A DNA stretch of 64,000 nt from an uncultured Planctomycetota bacterium (GTDB taxonomy: Bacteria > Planctomycetota > Planctomycetia > Isosphaerales > Isosphaeraceae). Under the pieces are notes generated by a model, which saw only the letters and a program-made list of their open reading frames with translations, was not told where the DNA came from and made no database searches. Every line of letters starts with the position of its first letter. Within the stretch, counting starts at the first letter, position 1. The DNA lies in NCBI GenBank assembly GCA_963845755.1, contig CAWJTV010000010.1, forward strand, positions 1 to 64,000, written 5' to 3'. Of this stretch, positions 11,401 to 22,251 are shown piece after piece. The translations under genes were made by a program, and so were the position numbers.

Positions 11401-12660
11401 GTCTACAATGGCGGCGGGATGGTCTTCGACGCCGAGAATCCCGATCGACGGCGCTTCCTGCCTCTGCGGGATACCCGCTCGATGGCCCTCAGCCCCGATG
11501 GCCGTTGGGCCGTCACCAGCTCCCATGGCGAGGGTTCGGTGAAAGTGTGGGATGCCCGCACCGGCCGACTCGTCCACGATTTCCCGGAGTCCCCTCGTCG
11601 GGGCGCGGGACTTTCAGCCCCGATGGCCATTGGCTGTCTGTCAGTCGTATCGATCAAGTCTGGGAGCTGTTCGAGACCCGGACCTGGGAGTCGAGGATGG
11701 TCTTCGGGAATGGCGCCAGCGCGCGCGGCATTCTCGCCCGATTCCGCGACCTTCGCCTACGAGACCTATTACGGGACTCAGGGGGGGGCTATTGCGCTGG
11801 TCGACCTGGCGACGGGCCGCGAGCTGGCACGAGCTGCACGACCCCGATGGAGCGGCGGCTGCCCAGATGGTCTTCAGCCCCGATGGGACGCAGTTGATCG
11901 CCACACTGGTGGGTCAGTCCCAGATCCGGATCTGGGACCTTCGCGCCATCCGTCGACGACTCGCCGATCTGAACCTGGATTGGAGCCCGTCGCCCCCCTG
12001 GGGATCGCCCGCGCCGTTCCCCGATCCTGGGGCGCCGCCGCGACCTTATCGGGTGGATCGAGGCCAGATGGATGACTGGGTCCGGTCGTCGCCTTTGAAG
12101 GCTCGCGAACAGCATGTCGCCGATGCCGACGCGCTGCTGAACCAGGACCCGGACCGGCCCGAGGTCCGCGAGTGGCTGGCGATGTCTTGCAACGACCTCG
12201 CCTGGGTGCTGATCACCGGGCCGGAATCCCGTCGGGATCCGGCGCGGGCACTCCCCCTGGCGCACCGCGCCCTGGCGCTGAAGCCCGACGGCCGTGGCTA
12301 CCTCAATACCCTGGGGTTCGCCCTCTACCGCGTCGGGCACTACCAGGAGGCCATGCGCGCGATCGAGCGGTCCCTGGCCGACGGACCAGAACGAGTCGGC
12401 CTCCTACGACCTCTTCATCCTGGCCCTCTGCCACGCCAGGCAGTCCGAGCTCGGGCAGTCGCGGTCCTACTTCGATCGCGCCGTCTCCTGGCTGAATTCC
12501 CAGCGGGGAGCCTCGACGCGAGAGGACCAGGAGCTGCGAGACCTGCCGCACCGAGGCCGAGGCCACGATACGGGCCTCGTGCCCAGACCTCCCCGCGGAC
12601 GTGTTCGCCGCGGAGCCCAAAGTTCCGCCCGATCACGGACTACTGAGCCCCGAGCACTGA
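8486..12660 (+). CDS. Membrane Ser/Thr kinase with WD40 beta-propeller and TPR C-terminus (module 2); several frameshifts (about 8910, 10500, 11600-11840, 12390, 12545)
   Basis: GRGGMGIVY, HRDIKPSN, DFG, GTIRYMAPE; TM after WCRRNP; WD40-like FSPDG/FHPDG repeats; TPR (YLNTLGFALYRVG); ends DLPADVFA...TGA at 12658-12660. Confidence 0.88.
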
Positions 12661-12729
12661 CCGCCGATGGTCGCGGAGACACAACGTCTCTTCTACGCAC
12701 CCCGTTTTTTCGACGGACCGGCCGGTGAT

Positions 12730-12762
12730 CTGTCCACGATCGCCTTTGCCGCGCAAGTATCC
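12730..12762 (+). promoter_or_regulatory. Putative ECF target promoter, copy 2
   Basis: CTGTCCACGATcgcctttGCCGCGCAAGTATCC, about 130 bp upstream of the beta-helix gene ATG at 12895. Confidence 0.7.
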
Positions 12763-12894
12763 CCATAGGGAACGCCCTGACTCAGGCTCGTGGACGCGAC
12801 CTCGTCCACCCCGCTCGAAGCGCACCAGTCTGCGCGCGCCGGGCTATTACGTCACTCCTTCCATCGCGGGCCGGTTCGGCTCAGGAGACACTCG

Positions 12895-15290
12895 ATGTTG
12901 CGACCCTTTGGATTCTCTCCGGTTCCAACGCCATGCCGAGCGAAGTCAGGAGCGGCAGCTCCGGACGCGAAGAAGACGTCGGCAACCCGCTCTGGAAGCT
13001 CTCGAAGGCCGAGCCCTCCTGAGTACGCTGACCGTCCTGAATAACGCCGACAGCGGGTCCGGATCGCTCCGCGCCGAGATCGCCGCGTCCCGCGGCGGCG
13101 ACACGATCGTCTTCTCGCACAAGCTCGACGGCCAGACGATCACCCTGACCAGCGGCGAGTTGATCGTGAACAAGGACCTCAACATCGACGGGCCTGGCGC
13201 TCAGAGGTTGGCGGTCAGCGGCGGCGGCGCCAGCCGGGTCTTCGACATCAGCGGCGGCGCCACGGTGACCCTCTCCGGCCTCACCATCACGGGCGGCTCG
13301 GCCGACATGGGCGGCGGAATCCTGAACGAGGCCGGCGCCACCCTCGACATCATCCAGGCCACGTTGACCGATAACCAGGCCCTCGGCGGCGCCAGCGGCA
13401 ATGCAGATGGGGGCGCCATCGAGAACGAGGCTGGCGCCAGCCTGAGCATCGTCCAGACTGCGCTGGTCGGCAATCAGACCAACAGCAGCAACCAGAGCTA
13501 CGGCGGCGCGATCTACAACCAGGGGAATGCCACGATCCGCTCGTCCACATTCACGGCCAACCAGGCGCTGGGCAGCCAGACGTCCTTCGGCGCCCTGGGT
13601 GGAAGTGTGGGCGGCGCGATCATGAACGTCGATGGCGCGACCCTGATCGTCAAGCAGAGCGGCTTTGCCAGCAACCAGGCCCTCGGCGGCTCCGGCGGCG
13701 ATGCACTGGGAGGCGCCATCGATAATGAGTCGGCCTCCGCCTCGCTGGGCGTGACGACGTCCATCATCAACAGCACGTTCTCCGGAAACCAGGCCATCGC
13801 GGGCGCCAACGTGGGCAACGGCAATCAAGGGGGTTTCGGCGGCGCGCTCGAGGACCTGCCCGGAACCACGATCACGGTGATTGGCAGTGCGTTCGCGAAT
13901 AATCAAGCGGTCGCCCTATCACCGACCAGCTCGTTCGCCAGCTCTTACGCCAATGGGGGCGCGATCGATAATGGAGCGGACACGTTCAGTTCCCTGAACG
14001 TGAACCTGACCGTGGACTCCTCCTTATTCGCGGGGAACCTGGCAAGCGGTGGGCAGGGTCTCGCACCAGGCTTTGCCAACTTTGCCTATGGTGGCGCGGT
14101 GACCTGGAACTTGTTTGGTGCGCTGGGCGGGAGCGTGAGCGTCAGCGGTTCCAGTTTCGTCGGCAATCAGGCCATCGGGGGACCCGCGACCGATGGAGAC
14201 GAGGGAGCAGGCGTGGGCGGACCCGCGTCGGGGGGCGCCATCTTTGCCGGCTCCGCGGCTCACGATCACAGGCTCGGTGCTGATCGATAACCAGGCCGTT
14301 GGGGGATCCGCGGACGGACGCGCGGGATATGGCGAAGGGGGCGCCATCGATGCTTTCGATGGACTCACCGCGACCGGTTGTCTCCTGATCGGCAACCAGG
14401 CCATCGGAGGCAGCGGCGGTTCGAATCCCGGCGGGCCCGGTGGTCTCTTCTCAGGCTATGCCGACGGAGGAGGCCTCGCGGTTTACGGACCGGCGACCAT
14501 CACCAACAGTGTTCTCATCGGCAACCAGGCCCTCGGCGCCTCCAGCTCGGCGGGCCTGGGCGGATTCGCTGTCGGCGGCGGTATCGAGGCGGTCGCTACG
14601 ACGCTCACGCTCCAGGGCGGCGAGCTCGCCGGCAACGCGGCGATTGGCGGCCAGGGAGGCTCCGGCGGCCAGGGGGGAGGCGCTGCTGGTGGAGGGATCG
14701 ACATCAATTCGTTCTCGAGCGTCGAGCTGATCGGATCGACCTTGAATGATAACGGCGCCACCGGCGGTGCGGGAGGCACGGGAGGCAGCGGCGGCGTCGG
14801 CCTGGGAGGCGGCATCTCGCTCGGCTTCTTCGGACTCCTGTCTCCCCGGTTCAACCCCGACGGGTCGTCTCTCACACTCGTCGCCAGCACCCTCGCGGGT
14901 AACCAGTCCGACGGCGGTGCCGGCGGATCGGGCGGGAATGGAGGAAACGCCCTGGGCGGTGGCCTTGGCGTCGTGGGCGACGATTCCGCCACGGTCAGCG
15001 ACGGCGTACTCGACTCCAACTCAGCCACGGGCGGCTCCGGCCTGGGAGGCGGGAATGGAGGTAACGGCTTCGGCGGCGGCCTCTATGTGGACAACGGCTC
15101 GAGTGCCGCTGTCACCGGCAGTACGATCGTCCGCAACCAGGCCATCGGCGGTCGCGGCTACGGTCGGGGCAGCGCCGGCCAAGGGATCGGCGGCGGAGTC
15201 TATGACCTCGGCACATTCACCGTCGACAGCACGACTGTCATCCGCAAGAATCATGCCTCGACCAGCAACGACGACGTCTTCCTGTCGTGA
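12895..15290 (+). CDS. Exported Gly-rich right-handed beta-helix protein with LEPR-XLL-type signal; frameshifts near 12905 and 14255
   Basis: RBS AGGAGA then ATG at 12895; RRRRRQPALEALEGRALLST; DSGSGSLRAEI motif; NQAxGG...GGAIxN repeats; C-terminal NHASTSNDDVF. Confidence 0.85.
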
Positions 15291-15404
15291 GGGTTGTGCT
15301 TCTGGTTAAGACCGGAGGGCCGGCACCGTCGGCCCTCATGGCGTCGATTGCGCCGTCGAGCCTGCCGCGATCTGGCGCGGATCGCCGACTCCGAATATCG
15401 GGCC

Positions 15405-15575
15405 GGTCGAGTCGGTCCGGATCGCGAAACGACTCCGGATAGCGGTTGGTCGCCCTCAGCGCCAACATCACGATGTCGCCTTGCCGGAAGGTGTGGCTTC
15501 CCCAGCATACGACTTCGGCGAACCGGCGAGTCCTGGTCTGGACGGGGCTTTCGCCGCGCAGAAGCACTTCCAAAC
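15405..15575 (-). pseudogene. Cytochrome P450 internal fragment (K-helix to PERF-like region)
   Basis: EVLLRGESPVQ...FRQGDIVMLALRATNRYPESFRDPDRLD resembles the P450 ExLRxxxPV...GDxVxxxxxAANRDPxxFxDPDRxD pattern; no heme-binding Cys loop. Confidence 0.55.
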
Positions 15576-15582
15576 TTTCACC

Positions 15583-15842
15583 GAGCCAGAAATAGGGCGG
15601 CAATGGCTTCTCGGCACAAGAGCCGCGGATCAGCATGTCGTGCTGTCCGTCGATCACCTTCGCCAAATCTTCATCCGGCCCCATGACGCTTGCCAGCAGG
15701 ACATTGCCGCCCATCATCAGCTCCAAGCCATGGCCGCGACGAACAGCGTTCGCATCGATTCCAAGGCGGTCGACGCTGATCCGCAGGAAGATCGGATGGC
15801 CGGCGTGCATGACGCCCTTGCCGCAGATGTGGCAGGGCTTGA
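15583..15842 (-). pseudogene. 5'-truncated copy of a small Zn-finger-like hypothetical gene (copy A)
   Basis: KPCHICGKGVMHAGHPIFLRI...MLIRGSCAEKPLPPYFWL; in-frame TGA just upstream; paralogous to 16639-16898. Confidence 0.65.
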
Positions 15843-15933
15843 ATCAGAGGCCCTGACCATACCCCTCGGTGTTGACGTAAAGCCGATGAAACACTGGGAA
15901 TGCGGCGGTCTCGCGGAGGTTTTGCCCGGCCCT

Positions 15934-16452
15934 CTAATCGAGGTAGCTCCAGCTCCGAGTTTCAAAGCGGTACATTTTCCGGTAGTGCGGTGGAACAATG
16001 TGCCAAAAGAGCATGGCATCTCCAGGTGTGCGGGACACATAAATGAACTTGCTCCACGGACCGAGGCAATACTTAGCGACGGGAACGGAATTCATATATT
16101 TCGGTACGAGTTCATCAAGATTCTTGGGAAAACGACCGTTGGCGGCGTGATATTCCTCGCAAGCCGCCACGATCCGCTGACCATTAGCCTCGGCTACCCT
16201 GAGTTGAAAGGCGTCGTTGACCCTAACAAGCCACAGCGTCAAGGCTGGAATTATGATCCTCGCCAGGGCGAGCCCCCAACCGGGGCGGTGGATCGCGCTC
16301 TTCAGGAGACTGACGAGAATCCAAATCGGACAGAAGATCGTTGACATGAGGATCGATCCGAAGAGCACGACGTCAAAGGTCAACACGACGGCTGCAGCGC
16401 CGATGCTCCCTCTAACGCTGCGATAGAACCACCTCAGGTCAGCGATCTGCAC
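15934..16452 (-). CDS. Hypothetical membrane protein with pseudopilin-like segment
   Basis: GTG start after AAGGGG; 2-3 hydrophobic helices; YHAANGRFPKNLDELVPKY resembles GspG-like segments. Confidence 0.65.
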   Translation of the reverse strand: MQIADLRWFYRSVRGSIGAAAVVLTFDVVLFGSILMSTIFCPIWILVSLLKSAIHRPGWGLALARIIIPALTLWLVRVNDAFQLRVAEANGQRIVAACEEYHAANGRFPKNLDELVPKYMNSVPVAKYCLGPWSKFIYVSRTPGDAMLFWHIVPPHYRKMYRFETRSWSYLD

Positions 16453-16617
16453 GGCTGTCCCCTTCCGCGTAGAAATGATATGCCTGCTCACGAAATTCCT
16501 GACGATCCATGACGAACGCAGCGTTCTTCTCGCCGTCGGTAGCGACGATTCGCACATACCGATTATGCAGTCTGCAATACGCTGCAATTCCATTCGGTGA
16601 ATCATTTCTCGTTTGTG

Positions 16618-16929
16618 TCATGCAGCCTCGCTTTGCACGAGCCAGAGATAAGGCGGCAGCGGCTGGTCGGCACATGAGCCGCAGATCAGCATGTCGTGCT
16701 GCCCGTCGATCACCCTGGCCAGGTCCTCGTCTGGACCCATGACGTTGGCCAGCAGGGCATTGCCGCCCATCATTAGCTCCAAACCATGCGCGCGTCGCAC
16801 CGCGTTCGCTTCGATACCCAGGCGGTCGATGCGGATCCGGAGGAAGAGCGGATGACCGGCGTGCATAACGCCCTTACCGCGGAGGTGGCAGGGCTTGAGA
16901 TCCTTGTGTTTCATGTTGCCGATCTTCAT
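16618..16929 (-). CDS. Small Zn-finger-like hypothetical protein (copy B), possibly decaying
   Basis: MKIGNMKHKDLKPCHLRGKGVMHAGHPLFLRI...MLICGSCADQPLPPYLWL. Confidence 0.6.
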   Translation of the reverse strand: MKIGNMKHKDLKPCHLRGKGVMHAGHPLFLRIRIDRLGIEANAVRRAHGLELMMGGNALLANVMGPDEDLARVIDGQHDMLICGSCADQPLPPYLWLVQSEAA

Positions 16930-18957
16930 ATTGATCCGCCTGCCGGGCCCGGCGGTCGCGGCAGCGGCTTCGCAGGGCCAGGCCAGACCCACCGGCCAGG
17001 CTGATCCCGCCGCCGACGAACGCCAGCCAGTACCAATCAAGCCAGGTCGCGGTCAGCGGCTCGACCTCCGGCTGCCGGACGGGCCGGCCCGGCCCGAGGC
17101 TGGCCAGAAACGGTTCGAGCGCGAACTCGGCCTCGGGGATCGGCCCGAACCGGCATTCTTCCACGTCCAATCGGCTGGTCAATTGCTGAGCCGGTATCGT
17201 CCTGACGGACGAACGCAGGACGGGGCGGCCGTCCGGATGGTCGTACTCGAACTGGATATCCGAGACGCGGTTCTGGAGTGGTTCTCCGAAGTGGATCGAT
17301 CGGAGCACGAACAGGTCCTCCGCGTCGAAGACGTACGTAATATCATTTCGGTCGTTGCCCTTGACCTCGGGGCCTGTCCGCAGCCGGAGCGTCACGAGGC
17401 GGTGGCCGTCGACGGTCGTGGCGTCGAGCTTGACGACCTCGTAGTCGGTCGAGAAGCCGCTCTCCCTGAGGTTCTGAGGGTATTCCAGCAAGATCGCCCC
17501 GCCATGAGTGGGGACAAAGAAATTATGGCCCGACGCCCACTCTACCTTGAACAGGGCTCGCCGGTAGGCTTGCAGCGGGGTGGCCTGGTAGGCGTCTTCA
17601 CGAATCGTCCAGGGTCCAATCTCGGGGATGAGTTTGCGGAAGGCGCGGAGTGAGTGGTCGGGATGGGCCAGGTAGGCCCCCTCGTCGTGGTGGAGCCGAA
17701 GCCGGACGCGGGCGAACGGGCCCGAGCGGAGCAAGGAGAGCCGCTCCTCGTCTTCGTCCGGTTCGTCGCCGCCGGTCTCGGTCCCCCTCTCGATCCGGAA
17801 CGTGGTCGTCATCCGGACGTGATCGTACGGGGCGACGAGGCGGGCGGCCGCGACGAAGTAATCCGCCAGGAAGGCATCCCAGGCGGCGGGGTCGATGCCC
17901 GGGTCGAGCTTCAAGCCTTTCAGCCAGTGCCGGGCGGGCGGGCCGGCACGCCGGGCGATCTGCTCGGTATCCGCCCAGTAGGCGGCGTCCAGTTCGTCGA
18001 GGCCGATCCCCAGAGTGGCGCGGCAGTCGGCCTCGAACGTGGCCTGCTGGCAGGTGGTGTACAGCTTCAAGAATCGCTCGGGACCGTACACCCGGAGGAG
18101 GTAGTTGACGAGCGGGCCGCCCTGGGAATAGGCCGCCGGCCCCGAATACCAGTACCAATCCGGGGCGACCAGTCCTCGGAGGGTCAAGCTCAGCCCCTTC
18201 TCGCGGTCGTCCCAGGCGGTGTCGGCCAGTTCTTCGGCCGGCGTCCCCTCGTTGGCCTGCGCCACCCTTCCATCAGGACCCTCGGCGGGTCGCTCCGGCC
18301 GGTGCAGTTCCGGGTGATGACACAGTGAGCGACCTCGTGGCGGTCCCCGTCCGTCAGGCCATCGGTTCCGCGCTGGTGTTGGCCGACTTCGGACCCGATC
18401 GCCATGTCGTAAATGGCGCACCTCCGCAGGCCGAAGATCGGCCCCCGATACCAGACGATCGGCCAGGTTGCGGATTGGTTGAGCCGGGCCAGCGAGGCTT
18501 CGACGTGCCGGTCCATCGCAGCCACCTGGGCCCGGGCGTCACTGGCCTTCGCCCCGACCATCGTCACCCACTTCCCCGGCGTCCGCTCCGGGTAGAACCA
18601 GCGTGCTTCCAGGTCCACGAGGGGCCGGGCCAGCGGCGCGAAGACCTTGGACGGCCACCCGGGGGGCACATGGCGGTCAAACGCCGGTCGCATCGCCATC
18701 AGGATGTGCCCGGCCAGGAACCAGAAGGGCGTCGTCCCTACGAGTAGGCCGGCCAGAGCCCGGTCGCGTCGGTGGCCGCGGATCAGGCGGACGGTCGCCG
18801 CGAGCACCACGCCGAGCCCTCCCGCCAGCATCAGGACCGACAGGCCGACCGGGAAGATCGGGTTCGAGTTCCAGATTCCTGAGGCGGTCAGTACCGCCGC
18901 CAGCCCGAGGGCCCCCAGCCAGGCACCCCAGACCGTGAAGACGCATCGAGCCAGCAT
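16874..18957 (-). CDS. Membrane-anchored putative zinc metallopeptidase (MA-clan-like); frameshift near 18265
   Basis: Three N-terminal TM helices, HEVAH followed by MEGW and later AYSQGG; C-terminal TM (WYWLAFVGGGISLAGG). Confidence 0.6.
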
Positions 18958-19305
18958 CGGCAGACTCACGGCCAGGCGGTTAGCAGGCCCTACGTTCCAT
19001 CTGGTTGACTCGAGTTGGCACCATGTCGCAGTTGAGCATGATAGTCCGTGTGTCCGTTTTCCAGGCGAAGACCAAGGCATTAGTCTGACGAAAGTCGGAA
19101 GGGTTTGTCAATCGGGCTCGGCCGAAGGCAGCCCTGAGAAATCCGCCCCTCGGGCGGTAGGCCGGCACGCGGAAGCCGCGTGGATGGCGACCGAGGGCCG
19201 GCAAAGGCCGTAAGGGGACGGGCTCGAAGGCGGCTTCGAGTGCGACCGCTATCAGACCCTGAAGAACCCGGCTGAACCTGGAACACGCCCACCCGCCACC
19301 GGCGG

Positions 19306-20670
19306 CTAACTGCTGTCCAGTCGGATCTGGATCGGCCCGGCTCCGGCCGGCTCGAAGACCTCGTCCGGCCAGTGTCGAAACCGCAGGCTCTCCAACAATC
19401 GTTGCGCCATGTTCTTCAACGAGCCGAACAGCTCCACGGCCGTTCGCTTCCCCTGCTCTTGGGCCAGGTGCCGCAACAGGCTCCCCTTCTCCACCAGTTG
19501 CAACAGCAGATGGGCGATCTGCAACAGGAAATAGTAGGCCGGCCAGCATCTGTGGCTGTAGGCATGTTCCAGGTTCAGGCCACTGTTCTTCTGGGTGTTA
19601 AATCCCTCGTTCTCCTCGCGCCAGCGTGCCCTCCCTCCGTTGGTCGCTACTTCCACCACAGTCTCGTGGCTCAAATCCAGAGAGGTCACCCACGACCATT
19701 CCGTCTGCTTTCCCTCCTTGCCCGTCTCGGTGCACTCCAGAGCGTTGATGGTCCAGTCCCGACCATCACTGTCCCTGTAGTGCAGGCCGTTGATCCAGCC
19801 ATAGACCTGCCGGACCCCTTGCGGCGTCATCCGTTCCACGCTGGTCGGGACACAACCGCAGCAACCCCTGGAAATCCTCCCAGAGGGCGGGAAGTCGTCC
19901 AGGCTGAAACGTGTAAATGTAGTCGCATCGATAATCTTTGGCGACCTGGAATCCTTCTCCGCAGGCATACAGGCCGTCACCGCCGAGGCAAATCCGCAAC
20001 TGCGGGAACTCGATCCGCAACTTCTCCACCAGGCGTCGCAAGGCCTTCAACTCGCAATCCTGCTTGATCCGTTCCGCGCTGGCACCCGCTGGGGCACTGG
20101 CGACGTCGTGGTTGTCGATGAACTCACTGGCGATCGAGATGACCGTGCCGGCCGGCCCCAGCACCTTGGCCTCCAGCACCTGGTGCATATATAGCGTCGT
20201 CTCACCGTGCCGCTGGGTCAGGCAATCGTCGCAATGCCGGGAGTGAAACACCAGATAGCCCGAGCCGTCAATCAAGACGACGAACCGCCCCTGCAGCCGC
20301 GCCGCGTCCAGAGCCTTCATGCGGATCAACCGCTGGACCATCCGCTGCCGCAACCCGGCGATGGGGTCGGGGCCGATTTTCCCCAGGAAGTACTCCAAGG
20401 TCTGGTTCACCGGCCGGCTCTCTTGCGCGTACCCGCCAGACGATTGAGATTGGGCAGGACCTCCGGGCCGTCGGTGTTCAACTGGTAGTCCAGTTGGCGC
20501 CGGCTGCTCAACTTGCACAGGAACAAACTCAGCCCCCACCACAGCAGGAACCGCTTGTGGTAGATCACCAAGGGGGCAAACCGCGGGTCATCGATCGCAT
20601 CGATCCAGGTGTTGAGATCGGGGAAGAAGTGACCCAGGGTTCGCACCAGGATAGGTCCGATGTTCAGCGT
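19306..20670 (-). CDS. DDE transposase (IS4-superfamily/ISNCY-like); frameshifts near 20430 and 19840
   Basis: IDDPR N-terminal motif; IDGS, GDGLY and GRARWREENEGFNTQKNSGLNLEHAY supply the D-D-E residues. Confidence 0.82.
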
Positions 20671-21020
20671 CGTCCCCGCCGCCGCTTTCGGTGCGAGACG
20701 TGGCCCTGGATCAAGGCCAGGGTCAACTGGCTGATTTCGTGGATCAGGCCTTTGAGACGTTGGTGTTCTTGCACCCATTCTTGGACCTCCGTGAGCAGGT
20801 CCTGGGGCACATACACCGTGCGAGTCTTACCCCCCTCCGAGAAGGTGAGGTGGTGGGCGGAGTGCAACGGGCCACCGTGGTGGCAGGCGCAGGAGGGCTG
20901 GCCGCAACGTTTCTGCACCTGGGCCAGGCTGGCCGCCAGGAGCGGCCCAGCCGGAGCCAGTTGCTTGAGGCGGCGGTCGAGCATCCGACGGACCAGCGTG
21001 GGGTGGCTCGGCACATGCAT
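20664..21020 (-). CDS. DUF6788-like small Cys/His protein associated with the transposase
   Basis: KRCGQPSCACHHGGPLH...GKTRTVYVP pattern; directly upstream of and overlapping the transposase frame. Confidence 0.7.
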   Translation of the reverse strand: MHVPSHPTLVRRMLDRRLKQLAPAGPLLAASLAQVQKRCGQPSCACHHGGPLHSAHHLTFSEGGKTRTVYVPQDLLTEVQEWVQEHQRLKGLIHEISQLTLALIQGHVSHRKRRRGRR

Positions 21021-21303
21021 CGATGGGCCCCTGGAACTTCCGGTAAGTGGACCTTATACCGGGAAAGGCCCGAAAAGTCATGAGGTGCGAAGAAAAAAAT
21101 TGAGGGCCTAGGATGGTCGGGCGCTTCAACAGAGGTTCTACTCGGGACTTACGCTGCCGTCAAGGTGCGACAAATTCCCCAATTCCTCAGAGCTGGGCCG
21201 AAGGGGTGAGATCGTGCCGATTCGACCGGAAAAAGGCCTTCTTTAGCCCGGCTGTCCACCGAGGTCGAGGAGCATGACCCATGATCTCCCAATCGGTGGA
21301 CGA

Positions 21304-22251
21304 CTACAACGGCCGTCGCTTCATCGCGACACATCCGCCGGCGAACGCCAAGCCGCTGAAAGCCATGATCCACGAGGAAGGCTCGGGGACCGCGGCGCTC
21401 GCGACCACGGTGATGCCGGTAGGATCGGTGAGCCCCGAGATCACCGTCGTGATGCCTGTACCGTCGAGGTTGGCGCTATCGATCACCCCAGACGCCTCCT
21501 CGGTCCAGTAGATCTTGCCGGTGTTGGCATCGACCGCAAGTCCATCGACGGAGTCGTTGTTAGTGAGAGACACGATCGTCGTCTCTCCCGTGCCGTCGGC
21601 GTTGACTCGAACGATCTCATTTCCGGAGGCCAGGTAGACCCGCCCGGCGGAGTCGAGGGCCAGCGCCGATACCGCACCGACACCCAGAGAGAGGTTGAGA
21701 GAGACTCCGGAACCATCAAGGTTGGCCTGCCCCAGGATCCCACCGAGCGTGCCCCAATACATCTTCCCCGCAGCATTGTCGATCGCGAACCCCGCCGTAC
21801 CTCCGCCGCTGGCGGTCAAAGTAACAAGCGTCGTGACATTGCTGCCATCGGCATTGGCGACGTGTACTCCGCCTTGGTTTTCGTCCGTCCAGTAGATCTT
21901 GCCCGTCGCATCGAGGGCGATCCCCGACGGGATTCCAAGCCCCGAGATCAACGTGTTGAGGCCGCTCCCGTCGAGATTGGCCCGTTCGATATTCCCGCTA
22001 GCCCCGGTGGTCCAGTAGATCGCGCCGGCAACGGGGTTCACGGCAATCGCGGTGCCGCTGTTCAAGTCCGTCAGCCCGGCGACGAGAGTCGTGACGTCCG
22101 AGCCGTCTGCATTCGCAGTCTGGATGGAATCGTGGGCGGTCCAGTAGAGCGTGCCCGCCCAGGCCGAGGGGGTCCAGGCCCAGAATGATGTCGTAACGAG
22201 CGAGAGAGCCAGCAATCCCGAGAGGCGAAGTCCGATTCGACTGCGTGTCAT
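21304..22251 (-). CDS. PEP-CTERM protein with YWTD (LDL-receptor class B-like) beta-propeller repeats
   Basis: Signal peptide from MTRSRIGL; repeated IYWT...ANLDGSG units; VPEPSSWIMAFSGLAFAGGCVAMKRR. Confidence 0.9.
   Translation of the reverse strand: MTRSRIGLRLSGLLALSLVTTSFWAWTPSAWAGTLYWTAHDSIQTANADGSDVTTLVAGLTDLNSGTAIAVNPVAGAIYWTTGASGNIERANLDGSGLNTLISGLGIPSGIALDATGKIYWTDENQGGVHVANADGSNVTTLVTLTASGGGTAGFAIDNAAGKMYWGTLGGILGQANLDGSGVSLNLSLGVGAVSALALDSAGRVYLASGNEIVRVNADGTGETTIVSLTNNDSVDGLAVDANTGKIYWTEEASGVIDSANLDGTGITTVISGLTDPTGITVVASAAVPEPSSWIMAFSGLAFAGGCVAMKRRPL

Larger units (their letters stand above)
19084..21191 (-). mobile_element. Insertion sequence: DDE transposase plus upstream Cys/His-rich accessory ORF; ends approximate
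   Basis: Transposase and accessory ORF below; weak candidate terminal inverted repeats TCTGA-N-GAA-N4-GGAA at 19084 and at 21191 (reverse). No target-site duplication seen. Confidence 0.6.

Noticed and set aside
15583..16898. The 260-bp repeat pair as a DGR template/variable repeat or integron attC sites
   Set aside because: Differences are not adenine-specific and fall largely at third codon positions; no attC-like core sites, reverse transcriptase or integrase seen.
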